Assembly: GCA_903824595.1 (NCBI GenBank)
Contig: CAIJXH010000002.1
Span: 7,209-71,208, forward strand
DNA: 64,000 bases
Origin: an uncultured bacterium
GTDB taxonomy: Bacteria; Patescibacteriota; Minisyncoccia; Phycocordibacterales; UBA2100
Reading direction: 5' to 3'
Position 1 is the first letter of the stretch, and every line of letters starts with the position of its first letter. A program made the translations under genes and the position numbers. The notes under the pieces were generated by a model. It was not told the origin of the DNA. It did not search any database and saw only the letters and a program-made list of their open reading frames with translations. This document shows, in pieces, positions 1 to 10,383 of the stretch.

Positions 1-335
1 TTCTCTCTCCCGTATCTGGTGATTCACTTTCGCAAACCATACTGTCGGGCAATTTTCGATTTATTGGTGCAACACTTTTGCACGTGCTTTCGTCAGCGAT
101 CATTGGAGTCTCTCTCGGTCTCTCGTTCTACAAACATCGATACGTCCGCTATGGCTACGTGTTGTGCGGCATCGTGCTCGCCTGTATAACACATAGCGCA
201 TTCAATTATTCTATTCTGCATGTGCCAAGTGAACACATGGTGCAGGTTTTTGTTGGGGTGTGGATAGGAATTCTTGCGCTCCTCGCCATGCTAGAATATG
301 TCAAACGCGTCCGACCTGTATGCGCGTCGACGTGA
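1..335 (+). CDS. C-terminal fragment of a polytopic membrane protein (possibly PrsW-like intramembrane protease family); 5' end lies outside the window
   Basis: The frame is open from base 3 to the TGA at 333-335, with no stop upstream of the annotated TTG at 78. The translation is hydrophobic with TM-like segments, and its possible resemblance to PrsW C-termini is an impression from the ...ITHSAFNY... stretch, not a verified family motif. Confidence 0.35.
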   Translation, partial: LSPVSGDSLSQTILSGNFRFIGATLLHVLSSAIIGVSLGLSFYKHRYVRYGYVLCGIVLACITHSAFNYSILHVPSEHMVQVFVGVWIGILALLAMLEYVKRVRPVCAST

Positions 336-344
336 CATGATTAT

Positions 345-818
345 ATGAAAAAACCATCTTTCTTTTCTCGTCTTACTGGATCAGCCGATTCGTATGTATA
401 CGAGGACACCGATACTCACGCATCTCAAAAATCTCCGCACGGAGATCAATCACCCGTTGTCGACACCGCTAGATGGAACACAGACGGAACAGAAGAACTC
501 GCCATCGACATCTATCAAACACCCGAGGCTATTGTGCTGAAAACTTTTATAGCTGGCATCAATCCCTCCTCTCTCGACATTGCATTGACGCGTGAAATGG
601 TAACCATACGCGGCACTCGTCATGACGAAAACGAGGTCGAAGACGAACATTATTTTCAACGTGAACTCTGTTGGGGTTCATGTTCGCGCACCGTCCTTCT
701 CCCCGAGGAAGTAGATGTCGATATGGCGGAAGCTTCCGAACGTCATGGCATTCTTCACATACGTCTTCCAAAAATCAACAAGAAACGGGAAACTAAACTC
801 AAGGTGCGCAGCAAATAA
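345..818 (+). CDS. small heat-shock protein (Hsp20/alpha-crystallin family)
   Basis: A 157 aa protein with a recognisable alpha-crystallin domain (...ELAIDIYQTPEAIVLKTFIAGINPSSLDIALTREMVTIRGTRHDE...HGILHIRLPK). The ATG start is consistent with the annotated ORF. Confidence 0.8.
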   Translation: MKKPSFFSRLTGSADSYVYEDTDTHASQKSPHGDQSPVVDTARWNTDGTEELAIDIYQTPEAIVLKTFIAGINPSSLDIALTREMVTIRGTRHDENEVEDEHYFQRELCWGSCSRTVLLPEEVDVDMAEASERHGILHIRLPKINKKRETKLKVRSK

Positions 819-938
819 CGATAATGAGCGTGTCTCGCCTCTCACGGATTACAAGAAAAGATAGTTGACTAACGCGCGCAGCGTATTACTCTGTGTAAAG
901 TGACTTGCGTATAACAACACAGTCGAAGGGAGGAGCAC

Positions 939-1241
939 ATGCATCCGTCTCCAGAGCAACGCTTGACAGTCACCCGCATTCTAGAGAACGCGGAGAGATA
1001 CAGAGGGAAGGATGTAACGATACGAAGAGGGTTCTTCTCGTACAACGGGGAGCTCAGGCGAATTCAACTGGAGTCGAATAATGGCATGATAGTCTTTTCC
1101 GTAGGGCGAGGGCAAGAAAGATGCACGGACTTCGGTTTCTTGGTCGATACAATCATACCAGACACCGTGTATTGTTCTGGCATAGGATTGTATGTGAAGT
1201 TCCAATACGATTCTCGCGAAGATCACGTGAGTATCGTATAA
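939..1241 (+). CDS. hypothetical protein (100 aa)
   Basis: The ORF is preceded by a strong RBS (gaagggaggagcacATG) and followed by a hairpin plus T-run terminator at about 1248-1277. No family was recognised. Confidence 0.5.
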   Translation: MHPSPEQRLTVTRILENAERYRGKDVTIRRGFFSYNGELRRIQLESNNGMIVFSVGRGQERCTDFGFLVDTIIPDTVYCSGIGLYVKFQYDSREDHVSIV

Positions 1242-1247
1242 GCACAC

Positions 1248-1277
1248 GCCCCCGACAATGTCGGGGGCTACTTTTTC
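1248..1277 (+). terminator. rho-independent terminator after the 939..1241 gene
   Basis: The sequence gcccccgaca-a-tgtcgggggc forms a GC-rich hairpin, followed by ctacTTTTT. Confidence 0.6.
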
Positions 1278-1319
1278 GTGCGTATCCTCTTGCAGCACAT
1301 GTCGTGAGGGAATACGTAT

Positions 1320-3950
1320 CTACTTTTTGAGTACTCTCTTCAAATAGTACCCCGTATGCGACCCCTCTATTTTTGACACCTCTTCTGGCGTACCTTTCGC
1401 CACCAAGTGTCCGCCGCCGGAGCCGCCTTCCGGTCCCATGTCGAGGATGTAATCGGCACACTTGAGAAGATCGAGATTATGTTCGATGAGGACGACGGAA
1501 TTGCCGCGATCAACGAGCTTCTGCAAAATGTCGATGAGCTTCTGTACGTCGTCGTAATGCAAACCGACTGTCGGCTCGTCGAGCAGGTAGATCGTCTTGG
1601 TGGTGAGCGGACGATACAGCTCGGATGCGATTTTCACGCGCTGCGCTTCCCCGCCGCTCAAGGTCGTCGCGCTTTGTCCGAGCTCCAAATACCCGAGTCC
1701 CACGTCGATGAGTGCCTGGAAACGATCCGTGATTGCCGGAATGTCTTCAAAAAATGCGAGCGCCTGCTCGACCGTCATCGAAAGCACATCGTGGATGTTC
1801 TTTTTCTTATACTTCACTTCGAGTGTCTCTTTCATAAAACGCTTGCCGTTGCACACATCGCACGTCACGTACACCGTGGGAAGAAAGTGCATTTCGACAG
1901 CGACGAGTCCATTGCCCTGACATGCTTCGCATCGTCCACCTTTCACATTGAACGAAAATCGCCCCGGACCCCAGCCGCGCGCCTTGGACTCCTCGCTCAT
2001 CGCAAACATGTCGCGGATGTGCGTCCATGCGCCGGTATAGGTTGCGGGATTTGATCGCGGCGTGCGACCAATCGGCGACTGATCGATGAGAATGGCGCGA
2101 GCAAGCGATTCGGTGCCAGAAAATTCCGCGCAGTGGTAGGTTTTGGCGCTTCGGTAGCGCATATCGAAACGCGCCTGTAAATTGCGATGGAGAATTTCAT
2201 AGAGGAACGTGGATTTGCCAGAGCCAGAGACGCCCGTGATACACACCATTTTTGCGAGCGGAATGTCGACATTGAGTTTCTCGATATTGAAACGATGGGC
2301 ACCGCGGATCTTGATCTTGCCGCGATCGGCGGTGCGGCGTTTGTCGGGAATCGCAATCATGGCTTCGTTGCGCAGGTACGCAAGCGTGCGCGAGCCGCTT
2401 GCATTTGTTTTTGCAGTGAGCAAATCCTCGAGCCACCCCGAAGCTATCACCGTGCCGCCGTGCGTACCCGCACCCGGTCCTATGTCGACAATGTAATCCG
2501 ACGCGAAGATCGTGTCTTCGTCGTGTTCAACGACCAAGACGGTGTTGCCCAGATCGCGCAGGCGTTTGAGCGTCTCGATGAGTTTATCGTTGTCCCTCTG
2601 ATGCAAACCGATCGTCGGTTCGTCGAGTACATAGAGCGCGCCCACCAAACCACTCCCGAGCTGCGAAGCGAGCCTAATGCGCTGCGCTTCGCCACCGCTC
2701 AAGGTGTTGGCGCGACGATCGAGCGTGAGGTATTCGATGCCTACGTCGAGCATAAATTTCAAACGGCTCGTGATTTCTTTGATGACAACGCGCGAGATCT
2801 CCTCTTCTTTCTTCGTAAGTTTGAGTTTATCGAAAAATTTCTGCGCCTCGGCGATCGAGAGCGACGTGAGCTTCACGATATTCATTCCTTGCGCCGGCTT
2901 CCCTTCTTCATGCGTCACCGCACCCACAAACACATTGAGCGCCTCTGGTCGCAAGCGCGCACCCCTGCACACCTCGCACTCTTCATCGCTAAAAAGATAC
3001 TTCACGCCGAGACCTTTGCATTCCGGGCACGCGCCGTAGGGAGAATTGAATGAAAAAAGGCGCGGCTCCACCTCGGGGAACGAGAAGCCGTCGTACGGGC
3101 ACATGAATTTTGCGGACACAATGCGGCTTTTGCCCAAGGAATCAGTGATCGTTACCAGTCCCTCCGACTCCGCAAGCGCCCGCTCGATCGCCTCGCTCGC
3201 GCGCTCGCGCGCCGCCTTGGGATCGTCTTTGAATTCCGACACAAAGATCTCGTCCACCACAATGTCGATCTTATGCTTGTCGTTTTTCTCGAGCACGATG
3301 CGTTCGCGCAGCGATTTTTCCTCGCCATCGATAATCGCTTTTTCGTAACCCTTGTTGAGCATGTCGTAAAGCATTTGATAGTACTCGCCCTTGCGCCCCA
3401 CGACGACCGGCGACGAGATGCGCACTTTCGCGCTCGATACTGCGGCGGTGAGTTTCTTATCTTTTGCAGCGCCGCCCGCGCCCTTGCTCGCCTCGGCAAC
3501 GATACCAAGCACCGTATCGAGTATTTCTTCGTTGGACAGCTTGCGCACTTCCCGTCCGCACTCCATGCAATGCGGCTTGCCCACGCGCGCGTACAAGACG
3601 CGCAGGTAATCGTAAATTTCGGTGATTGTGGCGACGGTCGAGCGAGGATTATTGCTGCGTGACTTCTGATCGATGGCAATCGCGGGAGACAATCCGCTAA
3701 TCTCGTCGACATCGGGCTTCTGCATTTGCCGCAAGAATTGCCGCGCGTATGCCGAGAGCGACTCCACGTACTTGCGCTGACCTTCGGCAAAAATCGTATC
3801 AAACGCGAGCGACGACTTCCCACTGCCAGAAAGCCCCGTAAAAACGATCATTTTGTTGCGCGGGATTTCCACGCTCACATTTTTGAGGTTGTGCGTCCGC
3901 GCGCCTTTGATGATTATCTTATCCTGTGACATATGACCATGCAGTTCCAA
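1320..3950 (-). CDS. uvrA: excinuclease ABC subunit A
   Basis: An 876 aa ORF with two ABC ATPase modules ([14 protein letters not shown]... and [15 protein letters not shown]...), LSGGEAQR signatures and zinc-finger cysteines, which is the typical UvrA architecture. Confidence 0.95.
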   Translation of the reverse strand: MELHGHMSQDKIIIKGARTHNLKNVSVEIPRNKMIVFTGLSGSGKSSLAFDTIFAEGQRKYVESLSAYARQFLRQMQKPDVDEISGLSPAIAIDQKSRSNNPRSTVATITEIYDYLRVLYARVGKPHCMECGREVRKLSNEEILDTVLGIVAEASKGAGGAAKDKKLTAAVSSAKVRISSPVVVGRKGEYYQMLYDMLNKGYEKAIIDGEEKSLRERIVLEKNDKHKIDIVVDEIFVSEFKDDPKAARERASEAIERALAESEGLVTITDSLGKSRIVSAKFMCPYDGFSFPEVEPRLFSFNSPYGACPECKGLGVKYLFSDEECEVCRGARLRPEALNVFVGAVTHEEGKPAQGMNIVKLTSLSIAEAQKFFDKLKLTKKEEEISRVVIKEITSRLKFMLDVGIEYLTLDRRANTLSGGEAQRIRLASQLGSGLVGALYVLDEPTIGLHQRDNDKLIETLKRLRDLGNTVLVVEHDEDTIFASDYIVDIGPGAGTHGGTVIASGWLEDLLTAKTNASGSRTLAYLRNEAMIAIPDKRRTADRGKIKIRGAHRFNIEKLNVDIPLAKMVCITGVSGSGKSTFLYEILHRNLQARFDMRYRSAKTYHCAEFSGTESLARAILIDQSPIGRTPRSNPATYTGAWTHIRDMFAMSEESKARGWGPGRFSFNVKGGRCEACQGNGLVAVEMHFLPTVYVTCDVCNGKRFMKETLEVKYKKKNIHDVLSMTVEQALAFFEDIPAITDRFQALIDVGLGYLELGQSATTLSGGEAQRVKIASELYRPLTTKTIYLLDEPTVGLHYDDVQKLIDILQKLVDRGNSVVLIEHNLDLLKCADYILDMGPEGGSGGGHLVAKGTPEEVSKIEGSHTGYYLKRVLKK

Positions 3951-4024
3951 CCCCTCGCGCAGGGCTAGGGGTAGGTAGCGGCACTATAGCATACGTTGCT
4001 ACGCATTCATCGGCACATCCATAG

Positions 4025-4945
4025 TCATAGCATTGCCGCTTCTTCTTTCAACACAACGCCAAACCGCATGTGAACAGCGTCTTTTATGTGTTGCGCCAAT
4101 GTCCGCACGTCATGAGCAGTCGCTGACCCGCTTTCGTTCACGAGATAATTGGGATGCTGCTCGCTTGCTTTTGCACCACCCACTCGCGCACCTTTCATTC
4201 CCACTTTTTCTATCAGCCATCCGGCAGGCACACGCCCTTCGCGCGCTCGCACCTCTTTCTCTTGTTCAAAGAGCGCGACCACCTCGGGCGGCGCGATGGG
4301 ATTCATAAAATAGGAACCGGCGGCGCGCACATGCTGCAAGTGCCGCTTTTCGCGCTCAGCGATCGTCTCCGCCGCGAGCCGTTCGCTTTCCTCTCGCGCC
4401 GTCTGCACAAGTCTGACTTGTGCAGAGGTGATGATCCACTGCGGATTGTCTTTGAAGAAACTATGGCGGTAGGAAAAATCGCATTCGCTTGCGGCAAACT
4501 CGCGCGCTTCGCCTGCCACCGAATCAATCGCCCGCGCCGACACCAAAAAATCCTTCATCTCCGATCCAAACGCGCCCGCATTCCCCCGCACCGCACCGCC
4601 AATGCTTCCCGGAATGCCTGCTAGCTTTTCCCATCCGCCAAGATTGTTCTTTGCCGCCGCGTGGATAAGCGCGAGCACATTACATCCCGCTTGTGCAGTA
4701 AGCACATCACCCTCGAATGAAAATGAGCCGCTGACGATATGAATCACCAGCCCGTCGAAACCACTATCCGACACGAGCACATTACTCCCGCCGCCAAGGA
4801 CCGTAAAAGGAAGGCGGCGGTCGCGAGCATACGCGACCGCCGCCCCCACCTCCTCCTCACTCTTCACCTCCACCACATACCGCGCCCCCCCACCGATGTG
4901 AAAGGTCGTGAGCGGCGCAAGCGGGATGTGTTCGCGAATGTCCAT
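4025..4945 (-). CDS. murB: UDP-N-acetylenolpyruvoylglucosamine reductase
   Basis: A 306 aa protein with an FAD-binding PCMH N-terminus (HIGGGARYVVEV...LGGGSNVLVSD) and a MurB-type C-terminal domain. Confidence 0.8.
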   Translation of the reverse strand: MDIREHIPLAPLTTFHIGGGARYVVEVKSEEEVGAAVAYARDRRLPFTVLGGGSNVLVSDSGFDGLVIHIVSGSFSFEGDVLTAQAGCNVLALIHAAAKNNLGGWEKLAGIPGSIGGAVRGNAGAFGSEMKDFLVSARAIDSVAGEAREFAASECDFSYRHSFFKDNPQWIITSAQVRLVQTAREESERLAAETIAEREKRHLQHVRAAGSYFMNPIAPPEVVALFEQEKEVRAREGRVPAGWLIEKVGMKGARVGGAKASEQHPNYLVNESGSATAHDVRTLAQHIKDAVHMRFGVVLKEEAAML

Positions 4946-5213
4946 AGCTTATAGAAGTTTCGAAGCCTCTTTGTCATGATTCACCACCGCCTCCTCCTCA
5001 ATCCAATGCAGGATCACCATAATGCGCCAAGTATGGGCTTTTTTGAGGCATTTTCAAGCGCAACATCTTCGAAACACACCTTCGCCATATTCCTTATTTT
5101 CTACGACCGTTGGAAATAAGGACAAGGATAGAACAGAAATAAGAAAAGAGAGGAGAGTCACTTATGCGATATGGTACATTTTATTTTTTGATCCTCGTGT
5201 GTCGCGCCTGCAT

Positions 5214-7235
5214 TTACTTTTTTTGTTTCGCCTCCTCCTCCAGCACTCGTATCTCATCGCGTATCAGCGCCGCTGTTTCAAAGTCGAGGCGGTCGGCGGC
5301 GTCGTGCATCTGGCGGCGTTTTTCTTTGATGAGCTTTTTTGTGTCGGTAGTAGCGCCCGCATCCATGCGCGCCAATTCCGAGACAGCACGCGAGCGTGAG
5401 CGCTGAATGTCACCGGTGATGTCTTTGATCTTCTTGGCAATCGTCTGCGGCGTGATGCCGTGCGCCGTGTTGTATGCCGTCTGTATCGCACGGCGACGAT
5501 TGGTTTCGCCAATAGCGCGCTCCATCGAGCCGGTCATGCTGTCGGCATAGAGAAGTACGCGACCGTTGACATTGCGAGCGGCGCGGCCGATGGTCTGGAT
5601 GAGCGATGTCTCGCTGCGCAAAAATCCTTCTTTGTCGGCGTCCAAAATACCCACGAGCTCCACTTCCGGCAAGTCGAGTCCTTCACGCAGGAGGTTGACT
5701 CCCACCAGGACATCGAAAACACCTTTGCGAAAATCAGTAAGAATCTCAATGCGTTCGATGGTCTGTACATCGCTGTGCACGTAGCGCGCTTTGATGCCGC
5801 GCTCGGCGAGGAATTGCGCCAAGTCCTCCGCCATCTTTTTGGTAAGCACGGTCACCATGGAGCGAGCGCCTTTTTTCGTTACCGCTTCTGCCTCGTTGAT
5901 GAAATCTTTCACCTGCCCCGGGTAGCTTGCCAAGGACCGTCCTTGGTACGGTGAGCCGCTCACGATTGGACGCACAATAATTTCGGGATCGATGAGTCCG
6001 GTCGGGCGGATGATCTGCTCTACAGGCTTGCCACCCAGTTCCAATTCATACTTCCCCGGCGTCGCCGACGTGTAGATGGTCTGCCCCGTACGCTCGCGGA
6101 ATTCTGTGGCGGTGAGCGGGCGATTGTCGACCGCGCTCGGCAAACGAAACCCGAATTCCACGAGCGTGTCTTTGCGCGCGCGATCGCCCGCGTACATAGC
6201 GCCGATCTGCGAAATGGTCACATGCGACTCGTCGATGATGGTGAGAAAATCTTTGGGAAAATATGAGAGCAGCGTGTACGCCGGCTCGCCGGACTTTCTG
6301 CGATCAAAGTGGCGAGAGTAATTCTCGATGCCGTTGCAATAGCCGAATTCGCGAATCATGGAAATGTCTTGGCGTGTGCGGCGTTTCAATCGTTCCGCCT
6401 CGAGCAGCTTCCCTTCTTTCTCAAACTTCTTCAGCTGCGCGGCAAGCTCGGTTTCCATGTCGGCGAGCGCGGCTTCCTGCACGTCTTTTGGTGTCACGTA
6501 CTGTCGAGCCGGAAAGATGAACATCGCGTCGTGTGTGGCGCCAATCTCTCGCGTCACAGGGTCAATCTCTTCGATTTTTGTAATCTTGCCGCCCGCCACA
6601 TCAATGCGATACACCGTGCGTTCGCTCGCGGGCATCACCTCGATTTTGCTGCCGAGCGCGCGGAAAGTGCCGGGCATAAGATCGCCCGCCGTGCGTTCAA
6701 AATAAATCGCCACAAGCTTGCGTGTGAGCGCTGCTCTCGTCATCGCCTCACCTTTTGTGATTTTTAGATTTACTTTCTGATACTCGATCGGACTTCCCAA
6801 TCCGTAGATGCACGAAACGGATGCAACCACGATCACGTCACTGCGCGTAAGCAATGATTGCGTCGCCGCATGCCGCAAACGTTCGATGTCTTCGTTGATC
6901 TGCGCCTCTTTCTCGATATACGTATCGCTGGTGGGCACATATGCCTCGGGTTGGTAGTAATCGTAGTATGAGACGAAATAGTGCACGGCATTCTCGGGAA
7001 AGAATTCTCGATACTCGGACGCAAGCTGCGCGGCAAGCGTTTTGTTGTGTGCTATCACGAGCGTAGGGCGCTGCACCTGTGCGATCACGTTTGCCGCCGT
7101 AAAGGTCTTGCCCGAGCCCGTCACACCAAGGAGCGTCTGATCGCGCTCCCCCGCTTTGAGCCCGCTCACCAGCGCTGCAATAGCCGCCGGCTGATCACCC
7201 TCTGGCTGATATTCTGATCGCAATCGAAACTGCAT
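5214..7235 (-). CDS. uvrB: excinuclease ABC subunit B
   Basis: Helicase motifs (LLGVTGSGKTF, DESHVT), the beta-hairpin region and a C-terminal UvrB/UvrC interaction domain are present. The start was moved to the internal Met (MQFRLRSEYQPEGDQP) that matches canonical UvrB N-termini, because the longer ORF to 7397 would overlap the upstream gene by about 160 nt. Confidence 0.93.
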   Translation of the reverse strand: MQFRLRSEYQPEGDQPAAIAALVSGLKAGERDQTLLGVTGSGKTFTAANVIAQVQRPTLVIAHNKTLAAQLASEYREFFPENAVHYFVSYYDYYQPEAYVPTSDTYIEKEAQINEDIERLRHAATQSLLTRSDVIVVASVSCIYGLGSPIEYQKVNLKITKGEAMTRAALTRKLVAIYFERTAGDLMPGTFRALGSKIEVMPASERTVYRIDVAGGKITKIEEIDPVTREIGATHDAMFIFPARQYVTPKDVQEAALADMETELAAQLKKFEKEGKLLEAERLKRRTRQDISMIREFGYCNGIENYSRHFDRRKSGEPAYTLLSYFPKDFLTIIDESHVTISQIGAMYAGDRARKDTLVEFGFRLPSAVDNRPLTATEFRERTGQTIYTSATPGKYELELGGKPVEQIIRPTGLIDPEIIVRPIVSGSPYQGRSLASYPGQVKDFINEAEAVTKKGARSMVTVLTKKMAEDLAQFLAERGIKARYVHSDVQTIERIEILTDFRKGVFDVLVGVNLLREGLDLPEVELVGILDADKEGFLRSETSLIQTIGRAARNVNGRVLLYADSMTGSMERAIGETNRRRAIQTAYNTAHGITPQTIAKKIKDITGDIQRSRSRAVSELARMDAGATTDTKKLIKEKRRQMHDAADRLDFETAALIRDEIRVLEEEAKQKK

Positions 7236-7239
7236 AGCG

Positions 7240-7743
7240 CTACTGCGCCACGAACGTCGCGCCGACGGCATCTCCGTGCGCGTTAGCGACTTGCGTATCG
7301 GAATGAAGGTCAAATTGTGCGTCTCCATCATCTTCATATACAAGTACGTGATACGTTTTGCCCGATTCCGTAGCACGCAACAGGTCGACAACTGCATCGT
7401 TCGAGATTCCCGCTTTCAATCGCAATGCACCTAACACAAATCCGCGACTATCGCGCACGGCAATCCATCTATCGTGTGACAACGATACACTCGCCACCTG
7501 CACCGAACTGCCGGCACGCTGATCAACGACGGTGATCGATTCGCCTTTTGATGTTTCTGATGGCGTAGTATCGGTATGTATTTCTTCTGATGGAGACGCC
7601 TCGGTACGCGCCACAGTCACCTCATGATTAGTAACAATATTTGAACGCACGGTATTGCGTGCAATAAGCCACCACCCACCAATAAACAAGAGTGACAACA
7701 TAATCAACGCTATCACCCTATTTGTCGTATCATTAAGATCCAT
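7240..7743 (-). CDS. hypothetical membrane-anchored protein (N-terminal TM helix, 167 aa)
   Basis: The ORF abuts the uvrB start and has a single N-terminal hydrophobic segment (VIALIMLSLLFIGGWWLIA). No family was recognised. Confidence 0.45.
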   Translation of the reverse strand: MDLNDTTNRVIALIMLSLLFIGGWWLIARNTVRSNIVTNHEVTVARTEASPSEEIHTDTTPSETSKGESITVVDQRAGSSVQVASVSLSHDRWIAVRDSRGFVLGALRLKAGISNDAVVDLLRATESGKTYHVLVYEDDGDAQFDLHSDTQVANAHGDAVGATFVAQ

Positions 7744-7808
7744 AGCAAAGTAGACTTATCAAAACTAATAAATAGCACCCCTCTAGTGTATGACGCGGCT
7801 TGCAAGAG

Positions 7809-8459
7809 TCAAACCCGCGCGTCAATCACACGTAACACATGCATCAAATCCGCAGTGCGTAACGCGCCCTCGCGCAGCACTCGGATTGAATGTCTCGTGC
7901 AATCAATGACGGTTGAGGGCAGGCGACTTGGCAAAACCCCAGCGTCTACCGCAAGAGAGATACCACGCGCATCCACGCCAAGCTGATCGATAATAGCATC
8001 AATACGTTGTGGACAAACCGCACCGCTCTTGTTGGCACTCGTCGCGACAATGGGTCTGTCGCAATAGCGAAGCAACGCTGTACAAAATTCATCGTCAGGA
8101 ATACGAAAACAAAACGTCGCGGCATTTCTGCATATTCCCGTCTGCATCGTATGATTGCTTTTTACCACAAACGAAACCTTGCCGCGCGGCAACAATTCGA
8201 TGAGTTTTTGGACGCGCTCGTCGATATCAGAATACCGAGCCGCCATTGCGCAATCTGTAACTATTGCCGATAGCGGTTTATCGTTCGCACGCCCTTTGAT
8301 AGAAAAAATGCGCGTTACTGCAGCATCAGAAAAAGCATCCGCACCAAGACCATACAGCGTATCTGTTGGGTAGAGCACGACACCATCGTCTTCCACCGTT
8401 GCGGCGGCGCGAAGCGCCGCCGCCTCTATTCCAACTTCTTCGATTGCAACACTATCCAT
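7809..8459 (-). CDS. tsaC: L-threonylcarbamoyladenylate synthase (Sua5/YrdC/YciO family)
   Basis: A 216 aa protein with a YrdC-like fold signature (VVLYPTDTLYGLGADAF...). Its partner tsaD is encoded about 2 kb away. Confidence 0.75.
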   Translation of the reverse strand: MDSVAIEEVGIEAAALRAAATVEDDGVVLYPTDTLYGLGADAFSDAAVTRIFSIKGRANDKPLSAIVTDCAMAARYSDIDERVQKLIELLPRGKVSFVVKSNHTMQTGICRNAATFCFRIPDDEFCTALLRYCDRPIVATSANKSGAVCPQRIDAIIDQLGVDARGISLAVDAGVLPSRLPSTVIDCTRHSIRVLREGALRTADLMHVLRVIDARV

Positions 8460-8468
8460 AATACGTGG

Positions 8469-8540
8469 TGCGCGGTGAGGGGATCGAACCCACGGCCCTC
8501 GTCACGTCAAGACGATGCTCTACCACTGAGCTAACCGCGC
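8469..8540 (-). tRNA. tRNA-Val (anticodon GAC)
   Basis: The reverse complement folds as a cloverleaf with acceptor GCGCGGT/ACCGCGC, D-arm GCTCAGTGGTAGAGC, anticodon loop TTGACGT and T-arm GGTTCGATCC. Confidence 0.85.
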
Positions 8541-8577
8541 TCAAACACTATACCAGAACTTGATGTGGATACAAAAA

Positions 8578-10356
8578 TCAATCCTCAATAAAGCCTCCCG
8601 CCTGATGATTCCACAACGCAGCGTATGCCCCGCCCTTTTCCAAGAGCGATGCATGGGTTCCATCTTCAACAATCAATCCATCCTCCATCACAATAATGCG
8701 ATCCATCTCTCGGAGAGTCGAGAGACGATGCGCAATCGCAACCACTGTTTTGCCCTTCATAAGCTCGTGCAATGCAGATTGAATGGCAACTTCCGATTCA
8801 CTGTCGAGAGCACTTGTCGCCTCATCGAGCAGCAGAATCGGCGCGTTTTTTAAGATCGCGCGAGCAATCGCGATACGCTGCCGTTCACCACCCGAAAGCT
8901 TGATGCCGCGTTCACCCACGAGTGTATCGTATCCATGCGGCAGTCTTTGAATGAATTCGTGCGCATATGCCATACGCGCCGCTTGCTCTATCTCTTCTTG
9001 CGTTGCGTCGAGCTTACCGTATGAAATATTTTCGCGTAGTGTCCTATGAAAAAGAATTGGCTCTTGTGGCACGTAGCCGATCGATTCTCTCAAAGAATCT
9101 TGCGTCACCCGCGCTATGTTTTGCCCGTCGATCATGATCGCACCTTCTGTCACGTCGTAGTGACGCAAAATGAGCTTCGCCAATGTACTCTTGCCCGCAC
9201 CGCTCCTGCCAATGAGACCCACTTTCTGATGCGACGACACCGTGAGAGAGAACCGCGATAGCACTCCCGCTGATCCTTCGGCATATTTGAACGAGACGTT
9301 GGAAAATGATATTTCTCCTTGCGTAATTCGTATCGCAGGAGCATTCGACACGTCGCGCACATCATGCGCGTGAGTTAGTAGTTCGACCGTCTCGCTCGCA
9401 TCAGCAAACGCATCATATACGCGACGCAATTCTCTGGTTACCCCGAGAAGATTGTCGATCACACCGAGCGCATATGTCTGAATGAGGACGAAATCCCCAA
9501 TCGACGCCCTTCCATGATTCCAAAAATACAGCGTGCTGAAAAAAAGCCCGAGCTGTATACCGATCATAAGAATACCTTGTGCCGACCAAATATATTCATC
9601 GGCATACCACGAACGTTTCGTTGCTCGCTGCCACACATCCACAAGTCCGTTGAATCGCGTCGACTCATGCGCAACGTGAGCAAAATGCATGATGGTGCTT
9701 TGATTGGAAATGGCATCCGCCATGCCGCCAACGGTCGCACTATCGGCTTCTGATCGCATCACGCGATACGGTTGTCGCCACAGCGATACCGCGATCTGAA
9801 ATATCACAAATACCACCGACCATGCGCCAAGCAACAGTCCAAGCGAACGATTGCGAAACACGAGTACCGTCACCGCACCTACAATGTACAATATCGCTGG
9901 CCCAAACGTCATGGAAAAACTGTCGAGCAATATTTCAAACGCCGACACATATTTACTGATACGACGCGTGAGTGTGCCCGCAAACTGATTACCGAAAAAA
10001 TGTGCTGAATGACGGATGAGGTATGCAAATGAATCCGCATACAGTTGACGCATGACGCATAGTTCGAGATACATGAGCGAAAACGAAAACAATCGACGCA
10101 GGCCCCACTGCACCACATACAGAAAAGCGACCATGTACAAAACCGATACGAGTATCGCCGATGTTGCCGCATTATGCGATTGATCGGCCACGAGAATGTT
10201 GAAAAAACGACTCAAGAAAATCGGTACAAAAACTGAGCAAAGCTGAACACCGATCATGGCGAGAAAAACAAGTAACAACGCCAACGGATGCTGAAAAAGA
10301 GCGTTCGCGTAGGATCGGAATATGTCTCGTATGGATACCGTGCGGCGCTTCTTCAT
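8578..10356 (-). CDS. ABC transporter, fused permease/ATP-binding subunit (MsbA/exporter type)
   Basis: A 592 aa protein with an N-terminal six-TM domain and a C-terminal NBD carrying Walker A (GRSGAGKST), the LSGGERQR signature and Walker B (ILLLDEATSALD). Confidence 0.85.
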   Translation of the reverse strand: MKKRRTVSIRDIFRSYANALFQHPLALLLVFLAMIGVQLCSVFVPIFLSRFFNILVADQSHNAATSAILVSVLYMVAFLYVVQWGLRRLFSFSLMYLELCVMRQLYADSFAYLIRHSAHFFGNQFAGTLTRRISKYVSAFEILLDSFSMTFGPAILYIVGAVTVLVFRNRSLGLLLGAWSVVFVIFQIAVSLWRQPYRVMRSEADSATVGGMADAISNQSTIMHFAHVAHESTRFNGLVDVWQRATKRSWYADEYIWSAQGILMIGIQLGLFFSTLYFWNHGRASIGDFVLIQTYALGVIDNLLGVTRELRRVYDAFADASETVELLTHAHDVRDVSNAPAIRITQGEISFSNVSFKYAEGSAGVLSRFSLTVSSHQKVGLIGRSGAGKSTLAKLILRHYDVTEGAIMIDGQNIARVTQDSLRESIGYVPQEPILFHRTLRENISYGKLDATQEEIEQAARMAYAHEFIQRLPHGYDTLVGERGIKLSGGERQRIAIARAILKNAPILLLDEATSALDSESEVAIQSALHELMKGKTVVAIAHRLSTLREMDRIIVMEDGLIVEDGTHASLLEKGGAYAALWNHQAGGFIED

Positions 10357-10383
10357 ATTGATATACTGATGTATAAAGGTACC

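Noticed and set aside
2187-3823. Long antisense and alternative-frame ORFs inside uvrA (e.g. 2187..3053 +, 3152..3823 -, 3273..3662 +)
   Set aside because: The ORFs lie wholly inside the strongly supported uvrA CDS. Their Arg/Ser-rich low-complexity translations are typical of GC-rich antisense frames, and no motifs are present.
5022-5406. ORFs 5022..5399 (+) and 5164..5406 (+) between murB and uvrB
   Set aside because: The ORFs mostly overlap the 3' end of uvrB on the opposite strand. They are low-complexity (Leu/Phe/Ser-rich) and have no RBS or motif support.
7236-7397. Upstream extension of the uvrB ORF (MQLSTCCVLRNRAKRITYLYMKMMETHNL...)
   Set aside because: The extension would overlap the upstream 7240..7743 gene by about 160 nt, and canonical UvrB N-termini begin at the internal MQFRLRSEYQPEGDQP.
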